Source: Nemertoderma westbladi (taxonomy: Eukaryota > Animalia > Xenacoelomorpha). Taken from it: a DNA stretch of 64,000 bases. The notes under the pieces were generated by a model. That model was given only the letters and a program-made list of their open reading frames with translations, did not search any database and was not told the origin of the DNA. A program made the translations under genes and the position numbers. The stretch spans positions 63,847 through 127,846 of the forward strand of contig JAUCBJ010009058.1 in the NCBI GenBank assembly GCA_032718475.1, written 5' to 3'. This document shows positions 22,020-35,100 of this stretch, piece by piece (the stretch's first letter is position 1; each line of letters opens with the position of its first letter).

Positions 22020-22303
22020 TTGACACCATAGTTCTCACTCTAAAATTGTGTTGGTCGGAAAACGACACCTAAGAAAAATGATGCTGAGTTCGACATTAGG
22101 TATCGACTCAAAAACAAAGATCGGGTGAGACACGTAGCTCAGATTTTCGTTTTTAGGTCGATACCCAATGCTGGAATCAGTATCATTTTATGCGGTGTCG
22201 TTTTCCGACCAACGAATATACAACGAGTAAGATAATGTATAAATTATTAAGGAAAAAAACACAATTTCAGAGTGAGAACAAAAAAAATTAGATATGGTAT
22301 CAA
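22020..22303. other. Nested imperfect inverted repeat (long hairpin) in the Polinton right non-coding region
   Basis: About 73-bp arms from 22050 (GTTGGTCGGAAAACGACACC...) to 22213 (...GGTGTCGTTTTCCGACCAAC); outer arms 22031-22050 and 22260-22279. Confidence 0.85.
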
Positions 22304-22627
22304 TATATTACCATGAAGATTACAAGTGATGAATTTTATTAAAAACATTCACTTATATATATATAAATTTGCGATGTGGCATAGTCAACGAAGAAGAGAT
22401 GGTACGTGTCATAATCATCAACGAATAAGAAAAGAGATGGGGAGCAACGTGGATGAATAGCTGGCTGGTTGATTGCGTGGATAGGAAATACGTGAAAGAA
22501 TATGAATCATAGGGTTGTGTGCGATAATAATCAATAATTATTATAATAAAAACGTGCAGTATAATGTTAGTGGTGGTAGCCTTTCAATATGGCACAGATG
22601 CTGTGGGATTGGTTAGGTTAGGTTGAG

Positions 22628-23113
22628 TAACTATGGAAATGTTCGTATACGTGTAGCTGGAACGTGGCGGAATTTCACGTATCATAGCGTTGGACTGGTA
22701 GGCTGCTTGGTTGGTTGGATTGATTGGTTTGGCGACAGCCGTCGAGGAGTAGCCGTGCGTGGCTAGCGGTGGTGAGTTGGCAATCGATATATAATATAAT
22801 AGCGTAGTGGGGGCTAGCCATGCATCGTGAAGTTAGGTTACGCGAAGATGAATATGCGATGGTTGGTTGATGCAACAACACGAATCAATACTCACGGTTG
22901 GTAACAGCTATCGAGTAAGGTAGGCATCATGAGGTTAGGCTACGCGTAGGCGATAGGCAACGATTGGTTGAAGGCATCGACACGAATCAATATTGATGGT
23001 GACAGATGGTCATTAAACATCGCGATTTAGCACGTTTTTAATAGCCCTCCGAGATGCAGCCCGTAGCCCAGGCTAGGGAGGAGTACGCGGGGGGGCCCTC
23101 TTCTTCTACTACT
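22628..23113 (-). repeat. Polinton right terminal inverted repeat (486 bp)
   Basis: Reverse complement of 4893-5378. Confidence 0.96.
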
Positions 23114-26100
23114 ACCCAGATCCAAGCTATCGATGATACAGTTAACAACTTACTTTCTACAGAGGCCCAGATCCAAGCTATCGATGATACCGTTAATAAC
23201 TTAGTTGTGTTTCTACAGAGGCCCTCTACAGAGACCCAGATCCAAGCTTTCGATGATACAGTTAACAACTTACTTGTGTTTCTACAGAGGCCCAGATCCA
23301 AGCTATCGATGATACAGTTAACAACTTACTTGTGTTTCTACAGAGGCCCAGATCCAAGCTATCGATGATACAGTTAACAACTTACTTGTGTTTCTACAGA
23401 GACCCAGATCCAAGCTATCGATGATACAGTTAACAACTTACTTGTGTTTCTACAGAGACCCAGATCCAAGCTATCGATGATACAGTTAACAACTTACTTG
23501 TGTTTCTACAGAGACCCAGATCCAAGCTATCGATGATACAGTTAACAACTTACTTTCTACAGAGGCCCAGATCCAAGCTATCGATGATACAGTTAACAAC
23601 TTACTTGTCTTTCTACAGAGACCCAAATCCAAGCTATCGATGATACAGTTAACAACTTACTTGTGTTTCTACAGAGACCCAGATCCAAGCTTTCGATGAT
23701 ACAGTTAACAACTTACTTGTGTTTCTACAGAGGCCCAGATCCAAGCTATTGATGATACAGTTAACAACTTACTTGTGTTTCTACAGAGGCCCAGATCCAA
23801 GCTATCGATGATACAGTTAACAACTTACTTGTGTTTCTACAGAGACCCAGATCCAAGCTATCGATGATACAGTTAACAACTTACTTGTGTTTCTACAGAG
23901 ACCCAGATCCAAGCTATCGATGATACAGTTAACAACTTACTTGTTTTTCTACAGAGACCCAGATCCAAGCTATCGATGATACAGTTAACAACTTACTTTC
24001 TACAGAGGCCCAGATCCAAGCTATCGATGATACCGTTAATAACTTACTTGTGTTTCTACAGAGGCCCAGATCCAAGCTATCAATGATCCAGTTAACAACT
24101 TACTTGTGTTTCTACAGAGACCCAGATCCAAGCTATCGATGATACAGTTAACAACTTACTTTCTACAGAGGCCCAGATCCAAGCTATCGATGATACCGTT
24201 AATAACTTACTTGTGTTTCTACAGAGACCCAGATCCAAGCTATCGATGATACAGTTAACAACTTACTTGTGTTTCTACAGAGACCCAGATCCAAGCTATC
24301 GATGATACAGTTAACAACTTACTTGTGTTTCTACAGAGACCCAGATCCAAGCTATCGATGATACAGTTAACAACTTACTTTCTACAGAGGCCCAGATCCA
24401 AGCTATCGATGATACCGTTAATAACTTACTTGTGTTTCTACAGAGACCCAGATCCAAGCTATCGATGATACAGTTTACAACTTACTTGTGTTTCTACAGA
24501 GACCCAGATCCAAGCTATCGATGATACAGTTAACAACTTACTTGTTTGTTTCTACAGAGACCCAGATCCAAGCTATCGATGATACAGTTAACAACTTACT
24601 TGTGTTTCTACAGAGACCCAGACCCAAGCTATCGATGATACAGTTAACAACTTACTTGTGTTTCTACAGAGACCCAGATCCAAGCTATCGATGGTACAGT
24701 TAACAACTTACTTGTGTTTCTACAGAGACCCAGATCCAAGCTATCGATGATACAGTTAACAACTTACTTGTGTTTCTACAGAGACCCAGATCCAAGCTAT
24801 CGATGATACAGTTAACAACTTACTTGTGTTTCTACAGAGGCCCAGATCCAAGCTATTGATGATACAGTTAACAACTTACTTGTGTTTCTACAGAGACCCA
24901 GATCCAAGCTATCGATGATACAGTTAACAACTTACTTGTGTTTCTACAGAGACCCAGATCCAAGCTATCGATGATACAGTTAACAACTTACTTGTTTGTT
25001 TCTACAGAGACCCAGATCCAAGATATCGATGATACAGTTAACAACTTACTTGTGTTTCTACAGAGACCCAGATCCAAGCTATCGATGATACAGTTAACAA
25101 CTTACTTGTGTTTCTACAGAGACCCAGATCCAAGCTATCGATGATACAGTTAACAACTTACTTGTGTTTCTACAGAGACCCAGATCCAAGCTATCGATGA
25201 TACAGTTAACAACTTACTTTTTTGTTTCTACAGAGACCCAGATCCAAGCTATCGATGATACAGTTAACAACTTACTTGTGTTTCTACAGAGACCCAGATC
25301 CAAGCTATCGATGATACAGTTAACAACTTACTTGTGTTTCTACAGAGACCCAGATCCAAGCTATTGATGATACAGTTAACAACTTACTTGTGTTTCTACA
25401 GAGACCCAGATCCAAGCTATCGATGATACAGTTAACAACTTACTTTTTTGTTTCTACAGAGACCCAGATCCAAGCTATCGATGATACAGTTAACAACTTA
25501 CTTGTGTTTCTACAGAGACCCAGATCCAAGCTATCGATGATACAGTTAACAACTTACTTGTGTTTCTACAGAGACCCAGATCCAAGCTATCGATGATACA
25601 GTTAACAAGTTACTTGTGTTTCTACAGAGACCCAGATCCAAGCTATCGATGATACAGTTAACAACTTACTTGTTTGTTTCTACAGAGACCCAGATCCAAG
25701 ATATCGATGATACAGTTAACAACTTACTTGTGTTTCTACAGAGACCCAGATCCAAGCTATCGATGATACAGTTAACAACTTACTTGTGTTTCTACAGAGA
25801 CCCAGATCCAAGCTATCGATGATACAGTTAACAACTTACTTGTGTTTCTACAGAGACCCAGATCAAAGCTATCGATGATACAGTTAACAACTTACTTGTG
25901 TTTCTACAGAGACCCAGATCCAAGCTTTCGATGATACAGTTAACAACTTACTTGTGTTTCTACAGAGACCCAGATCCAAGCTATCGATGATACAGTTAAC
26001 AACTTACTTGTGTTTCTACAGAGGCCCAGATCCAAGCTATCGATGGTACAGTTAACAACTTACTTGTGTTTCTACAGAGACCCAAATCCAAGCTATCGAT

Positions 26101-29100
26101 GATACCGTTAACAACTTACTTGTGTTTCTACAGAGACCCAGATCCAAGCTATCGATGATACAGTTAACAACTTACTTGAATTTCTACAGAGGCCCAGACC
26201 CAAGCTATCGATGGTACAGTTAACAACTTACTTGTGTTTCTACAGAGACCCAAATCCAAGCTATCGATGATACAGTTAACAACTTACTTGTGTTTCTACA
26301 GAGACCCAGATCCAAGCTTTCGATGATACAGTTAACAACTTACTTGTGTTTCTACAGAGACCCAGATCCAAGCTTTCGATGATACAGTTAACAACTTACT
26401 TGTGTTTCTACAGAGACCCAGATCCAAGCTATCGATGGTACAGTTAACAACTTACTTGTGTTTCTACAGAGACCCAGATCCAAGCTATCGATGATACAGT
26501 TTACAACTTACTTGTGTTTCTACAGAGACCCAGACCCAAGCTATCGATGATACAGTTAACAACTTACTTGTGTTTATACAGAGACCCAGATCCAAGCTAT
26601 CGATGATACAGTTAACAACTTACTTGTGTTTCTAAAGAGTCCCAGACCCAAGCTATCGATGATACAGTTAACAACTTACTTGTGTTTCTACAGAGGCCCA
26701 GATCCAAGCTATCGATGATACCGTTAATAACTTACTTGTGTTTCTACAGAGACCCAGATCCAAGCTATCGATGATACAGTTTACAACTTACTTGTGTTTC
26801 TACAGAGACCCAGACCCAAGCTATATCGATGATACAGTTAACAACTTACTTGTGTTTCTACAGAGGCCCAGATCCAAGCTATCGATGATACAGTTAACAA
26901 CTTACTTGTGTTTCTACAGAGACCCAGATCCAAGCTATCGATGATACAGTTAACAACTTACTTGTGTTTCTACAGAGACCCAGATCCAAGCTATCGATGA
27001 TACAGTTAACAACTTACTTGTGTTTCTACAGAGACCCAGATCCAAGCTATCGATGATACAGTTAACAACTTACTTGTGTTTCTACAGAGACCCAGATCCA
27101 AGCTATCGATGATACAGTTAACAACTTACTTGTGTTTCTACAGAGACCCAGATCCAAGCTATCGATGATACAGTTAACAACTTACTTGTGTTTCTACAGA
27201 GGCCCAGATCCAAGCTATCGATGATACAGTTAACAACTTACTTGTGTTTCTACAGAGACCCAGATCCAAGCTATCGATGATACAGTTAACAACTTACTTG
27301 TGTTTCTATAGAGACCCAGATCCAAGCTATCGATGACACAGTTAACAACTTACTTGTGTTTCTACAGAGACCCAGATCCAAGCTATCGATGATACAGTTA
27401 ACAACTTACTTGTGTTTCTACAGAGACCCAGATCCAAGCTATCGATGATACAGTTAACAACTTACTTGTGTTTCTACAGAGGCCCAGATCCAAGCTATCG
27501 ATGATACAGTTAACAACTTACTTGTGTTTCTACAGAGACCCAGATCCAAGCTATCGATGATACAGTTAACAACTTACTTGTGTTTCTACAGAGGCCCAGA
27601 TCCAAGCTATCGATGATACAGTTAACAACTTACTTGTGTTTCTACAGAGACCCAGATCCAAGCTATCGATGATACAGTTAACAACTTACTTGTGTTTCTA
27701 CAGAGGCCCAGATCCAAGCTATCGATGATACAGTTAACAACTTACTTGTGTTTCTACAGAGGCCCAGATCCAAGCTATCGATGGTACAGTTAACAACTTA
27801 CTTGTGTTTCTACAGAGACCCAGATCCAAGCTATCGATGGTACAGTTAACAACTTACTTGTGTTTCTACAGAGACCCAGATCCAAGCTATCGATGATACA
27901 GTTAACAACTTACTTGTGTTTCTACAGAGACCCAGATCCAAGCTATCGATGATACAGTTAACAACTTACTTGTGTTTCTACAGAGGCCCAGATCCAAGCT
28001 ATTGATGATACAGTTAACAACTTACTTGTGTTTCTACAGAGACCCAGATCCAAGCTATCGATGATACAGTTAACAACTTACTTGTGTTTCTACAGAGACC
28101 CAGATCCAAGCTATCGATGATACAGTTAACAACTTACTTGTTTGTTTCTACAGAGACCCAGATCCAAGATATCGATGATACAGTTAACAACTTACTTGTG
28201 TTTCTACAGAGACCCAGATCCAAGCTATCGATGATACAGTTAACAACTTACTTGTGTTTCTACAGAGACCCAGATCCAAGCTATCGATGATACAGTTAAC
28301 AACTTACTTGTGTTTCTACAGAGACCCAGATCCAAGCTATCGATGATACAGTTAACAACTTACTTTTTTGTTTCTACAGAGACCCAGATCCAAGCTATCG
28401 ATGATACAGTTAACAACTTACTTGTGTTTCTACAGAGACCCAGATCCAAGCTATCGATGATACAGTTAACAACTTACTTGTGTTTCTACAGAGACCCAGA
28501 TCCAAGCTATCGATGATACAGTTAACAACTTACTTGTGTTTCTACAGAGACCCAGATCCAAGCTATCGATGATACAGTTAACAACTTACTTTTTTGTTTC
28601 TACAGAGACCCAGATCCAAGCTATCGATGATACAGTTAACAACTTACTTGTGTTTCTACAGAGACCCAGATCCAAGCTATCGATGATACAGTTAACAACT
28701 TACTTGTGTTTCTACAGAGACCCAGATCCAAGCTATCGATGATACAGTTAACAACTTACTTGTGTTTCTACAGAGACCCAGATCCAAGCTATCGATGATA
28801 CAGTTAACAACTTACTTGTTTGTTTCTACAGAGACCCAGATCCAAGATATCGATGATACAGTTAACAACTTACTTGTGTTTCTACAGAGACCCAGATCCA
28901 AGCTATCGATGATACAGTTAACAACTTACTTGTGTTTCTACAGAGACCCAGATCCAAGCTATCGATGATACAGTTAACAACTTACTTGTGTTTCTACAGA
29001 GACCCAGATCAAAGCTATCGATGATACAGTTAACAACTTACTTGTGTTTCTACAGAGACCCAGATCCAAGCTTTCGATGATACAGTTAACAACTTACTTG

Positions 29101-32100
29101 TGTTTCTACAGAGACCCAGATCCAAGCTATCGATGATACAGTTAACAACTTACTTGTGTTTCTACAGAGGCCCAGATCCAAGCTATCGATGGTACAGTTA
29201 ACAACTTACTTGTGTTTCTACAGAGACCCAAATCCAAGCTATCGATGATACCGTTAACAACTTACTTGTGTTTCTACAGAGACCCAGATCCAAGCTATCG
29301 ATGATACAGTTAACAACTTACTTGAATTTCTACAGAGGCCCAGACCCAAGCTATCGATGGTACAGTTAACAACTTACTTGTGTTTCTACAGAGACCCAAA
29401 TCCAAGCTATCGATGATACAGTTAACAACTTACTTGTGTTTCTACAGAGACCCAGATCCAAGCTTTCGATGATACAGTTAACAACTTACTTGTGTTTCTA
29501 CAGAGACCCAGATCCAAGCTTTCGATGATACAGTTAACAACTTACTTGTGTTTCTACAGAGACCCAGATCCAAGATATCGATGGTACAGTTAACAACTTA
29601 CTTGTGTTTCTACAGAGACCCAAATCCAAGCTATCGATGATACAGTTAACAACTTACTTGTGTTTCTACAGAGACCCAGATCAAAGCTATCGATGATACA
29701 GTTAACAACTTACTTGTGTTTCTACAGAGACCCAGATCCAAGCTTTCGATGATACAGTTAACAACTTACTTGTGTTTCTACAGAGACCCAGATCCAAGCT
29801 ATCGATGATACAGTTAACAACTTACTTGAATTTCTACAGAGGCCCAGACCCAAGCTATCGATGGTACAGTTAACAACTTACTTGTGTTTCTACAGAGACC
29901 CAAATCCAAGCTATCGATGATACAGTTAACAACTTACTTGTGTTTCTACAGAGACCCAAATCCAAGCTATCGATGATACAGTTAACAACTTACTTGTGTT
30001 TCTACAGAGACCCAGATCCAAGATATCGATGAAACAGTTAACAACTTACTTGTGTTTCTACAGAGACCCAGATCCAAGCTATCGATGATACAGTTAACAA
30101 CTTACTTGTGTTTCTACAGAGATCCAGATCCAAGCTTTCGATGATACAGTTAACAACTTACTTGTGTTTCTACAGAGACCCAGATCCAAGCTATCGATGG
30201 TACAGTTAACAACTTACTTGTGTTTCTACAGAGACCCAAATCCAAGCTATCGATGATACAGTTAACAACTTACTTGTGTTTCTACAGAGACCCAGATCAA
30301 AGCTATCGATGATACAGTTAACAACTTACTTGTGTTTCTACAGAGACCCAGATCCAAGCTTTCGATGATACAGTTAACAACTTACTTGTGTTTCTACAGA
30401 GACCCAGATCCAAGCTATCGATGATACAGTTAACAACTTACTTGAATTTCTACAGAGGCCCAGACCCAAGCTATCGATGGTACAGTTAACAACTTACTTG
30501 TGTTTCTACAGAGACCCAAATCCAAGCTATCGATGATACAGTTAACAACTTACTTGTGTTTCTACAGAGACCCAGATCAAAGCTATCGATGATACAGTTA
30601 ACAACTTACTTGTGTTTCTACAGAGACCCAGATCCAAGCTTTCGATGATACAGTTAACAACTTACTTGTGTTTCTACAGAGACCCAGATCCAAGCTATCG
30701 ATGATACAGTTAACAACTTACTTGAATTTCTACAGAGGCCCAGACCCAAGCTATCGATGGTACAGTTAACAACTTACTTGTGTTTCTACAGAGGCCCAGA
30801 TCCAAGCTATCGATGATACAGTTAACAACTTACTTGTGTTTCTACAGAGACCCAGATCCAAGCTATCGATGATACAGTTAACAACTTACTTGAATTTCTA
30901 CAGAGGCCCAGACCCAAGCTATCGATGGTACAGTTAACAACTTACTTGTGTTTCTACAGAGACCCAAATCCAAGCTATCGATGATACAGTTAACAACTTA
31001 CTTGTGTTTCTACAGAGACCCAAATCCAAGCTATCGATGATACAGTTAACAACTTACTTGTGTTTCTACAGAGACCCAGATCCAAGATATCGATGATACA
31101 GTTAACAACTTACTTGTGTTTCTACAGAGACCCAGATCCAAGCTATCGATGGTACAGTTAACAACTTACTTGTGTTTCTACAGAGACCCAGATCCAAGCT
31201 TTCGATGATACAGTTAACAACTTACTTGTGTTTCTACAGAGACCCAGATCCAAGCTATCGATGGTACAGTTAACAACTTACTTGTGTTTCTACAGAGACC
31301 CAAATCCAAGCTATCGATGATACAGTTAACAACTTACTTGTGTTTCTACAGAGACCCAGATCAAAGCTATCGATGATACAGTTAACAACTTACTTGTGTT
31401 TCTACAGAGACCCAGATCCAAGCTTTCGATGATACAGTTAACAACTTACTTGTGTTTCTACAGAGACCCAGATCCAAGCTATCGATGATACAGTTAACAA
31501 CTTACTTGAATTTCTACAGAGGCCCAGACCCAAGCTATCGATGGTACAGTTAACAACTTACTTGTGTTTCTACAGAGACCCAAATCCAAGCTATCGATGA
31601 TACAGTTAACAACTTACTTGTGTTTCTACAGAGACCCAGATCAAAGCTATCGATGATACAGTTAACAACTTACTTGTGTTTCTACAGAGACCCAGATCCA
31701 AGCTTTCGATGATACAGTTAACAACTTACTTGTGTTTCTACAGAGACCCAGATCCAAGCTATCGATGATACAGTTAACAACTTACTTGAATTTCTACAGA
31801 GGCCCAGACCCAAGCTATCGATGGTACAGTTAACAACTTACTTGTGTTTCTACAGAGGCCCAGATCCAAGCTATCGATGATACAGTTAACAACTTACTTG
31901 TGTTTCTACAGAGACCCAGATCCAAGCTATCGATGATACAGTTAACAACTTACTTGTGTTTCTACAGAGACCCAGATCCAAGCTATCGATGATACAGTAC
32001 AGAGGCCAAGATCCAAGCTATCGATGATACAGTTAACAACTTACTTGTGTTTCTATAGAGACCCAGATCCAAGCTATCGATGATACCGTTAACAACTTAC

Positions 32101-35100
32101 TTGCGTTTCTACAGAGACCCAGATCCAAGATATCGATGATACAGTTAACAACTTACTTGTGTTTCTACAGAGACCCAGATCCAAGCTATCGATGATACAG
32201 TTAACAACTTACTTTTTTGTTTCTACAGAGACCCAGATCCAAGCTATCGATGATACAGTTAACAACTTACTTGTTTGTTTCTACAGAGACCCAGATCCAA
32301 GATATCGATGATACAGTTAACAACTTACTTGTGTTTCTACAGAGACCCAGATCCAAGCTATCGATGATACAGTTAACAACTTACTTGTGTTTCTACAGAG
32401 ACCCAGATCCAAGCTATCGATGATACAGTTAACAACTTACTTGTGTTTCTACAGAGACCCAGATCCAAGCTATCGATGATACAGTTAACAACTTACTTTT
32501 TTGTTTCTACAGAGACCCAGATCCAAGCTATCGATGATACAGTTAACAACTTACTTGAATTTCTACAGAGGCCCAGACCCAAGCTATCGATGGTACAGTT
32601 AACAACTTACTTGTGTTTCTACAGAGACCCAGACCCAAGCTATCGATGATACAGTTAACAACTTACTTGTGTTTCTACAGAGACCCAGATCCAAGCTATC
32701 GATGATACAGTTAACAACTTACTTGAATTTCTACAGAGGCCCAGACCCAAGCTATCGATGGTACAGTTAACAACTTACTTGTGTTTCTACAGAGACCCAG
32801 ACCCAAGCTATCGATGATACAGTTTACAACTTACTTGTGTTTCTACAGAGACCCAGACCCAAGCTATATCGATGATACAGTTAACAACTTACTTGTGTTT
32901 CTACAGAGGCCCAGACCCAAGCTATCGATGGTACAGTTAACAACTTACTTGTGTTTCTACAGAGACCCAGATCCAAGATATTGATGATACAGTTAACAAC
33001 TTACTTGTGTTTCTACAGAGACCCAGATCCAAGCTATCGATGATACAGTTAACAACTTACTTGAATTTCTACAGAGGCCCAGACCCAAGCTATCGATGGT
33101 ACAGTTAACAACTTACTTGTGTTTCTACAGAGACCCAAATCCAAGCTATCGATGATACAGTTAACAACTTACTTGTGTTTCTACAGAGACCCAAATCCAA
33201 GCTATCGATGATACAGTTAACAACTTACTTGTGTTTCTACAGAGACCCAGATCCAAGATATCGATGATACAGTTAACAACTTACTTGTGTTTCTACAGAG
33301 ACCCAAATCCAAGCTATCGATGATACAGTTAACAACTTACTTGTGTTTCTACAGAGACCCAGATCAAAGCTATCGATGATACAGTTAACAACTTACTTGT
33401 GTTTCTACAGAGACCCAGATCCAAGCTTTCGATGATACAGTTAACAACTTACTTGTGTTTCTAAAGAGTCCCAGACCCAAGCTATCGATGATACAGTTAA
33501 CAACTTACTTGTGTTTCTACAGAGGCCCAGATCCAAGCTATCGATGATACCGTTAATAACTTACTTGTGTTTCTACAGAGACCCAGATCCAAGCTATCGA
33601 TGATACAGTTTACAACTTACTTGTGTTTCTACAGAGACCCAGACCCAAGCTATATCGATGATACAGTTAACAACTTACTTGTGTTTCTACAGAGGCCCAG
33701 ATCCAAGCTATCGATGATACAGTTAACAACTTACTTGTGTTTCTACAGAGACCCAGATCCAAGCTATCGATGATACAGTTAACAACTTACTTGTGTTTCT
33801 ACAGAGACCCAGATCCAAGCTATCGATGATACAGTTAACAACTTACTTGTGTTTCTACAGAGGCCCAGATCCAAGCTATCGATGATACCGTTAATAACTT
33901 ACTTGTGTTTCTACAGAGACCCAGATCCAAGCTATCGATGATACAGTTTACAACTTACTTGTGTTTCTACAGAGACCCAGACCCAAGCTATATCGATGAT
34001 ACAGTTAACAACTTACTTGTGTTTCTACAGAGGCCCAGATCCAAGCTATCGATGATACAGTTAACAACTTACTTGTGTTTCTACAGAGACCCAGATCCAA
34101 GCTATCGATGATACAGTTAACAACTTACTTGTGTTTCTACAGAGACCCAGATCCAAGCTATCGATGATACAGTTAACAACTTACTTGTGTTTCTACAGAG
34201 ACCCAGATCCAAGCTATCGATGATACAGTTAACAACTTACTTGTGTTTCTACAGAGACCCAGATCCAAGCTATCGATGATACAGTTAACAACTTACTTGT
34301 GTTTCTACAGAGACCCAGATCCAAGCTATCGATGATACAGTTAACAACTTACTTGTGTTTCTACAGAGGCCCAGATCCAAGCTATCGATGATACAGTTAA
34401 CAACTTACTTGTGTTTCTACAGAGACCCAGATCCAAGCTATCGATGATACAGTTAACAACTTACTTGTGTTTCTACAGAGACCCAGATCCAAGCTATCGA
34501 TGACACAGTTAACAACTTACTTGTGTTTCTACAGAGACCCAGATCCAAGCTATCGATGATACAGTTAACAACTTACTTGTGTTTCTACAGAGACCCAGAT
34601 CCAAGCTATCGATGATACAGTTAACAACTTACTTGTGTTTCTACAGAGGCCCAGATCCAAGCTATCGATGATACAGTTAACAACTTACTTGTGTTTCTAC
34701 AGAGACCCAGATCCAAGCTATCGATGATACAGTTAACAACTTACTTGTGTTTCTACAGAGGCCCAGATCCAAGCTATCGATGATACAGTTAACAACTTAC
34801 TTGTGTTTCTACAGAGACCCAGATCCAAGCTATCGATGATACAGTTAACAACTTACTTGTGTTTCTACAGAGGCCCAGATCCAAGCTATCGATGATACAG
34901 TTAACAACTTACTTGTGTTTCTACAGAGGCCCAGATCCAAGCTATCGATGGTACAGTTAACAACTTACTTGTGTTTCTACAGAGACCCAGATCCAAGCTA
35001 TCGATGGTACAGTTAACAACTTACTTGTGTTTCTACAGAGACCCAGATCCAAGCTATCGATGATACAGTTAACAACTTACTTGTGTTTCTACAGAGACCC

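Larger units (their letters stand above)
4893..23113. mobile_element. Maverick/Polinton (adintovirus-like) endogenous element, 18,221 bp, both ends intact but internally degenerate
   Basis: Begins AGTAGTAG and ends CTACTACT; 486-bp TIRs; 6-bp TSD ACCCAG at 4887-4892 and 23114-23119. Encodes pPolB, rve integrase, ATPase, MCP, mCP and protease. Confidence 0.98.
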
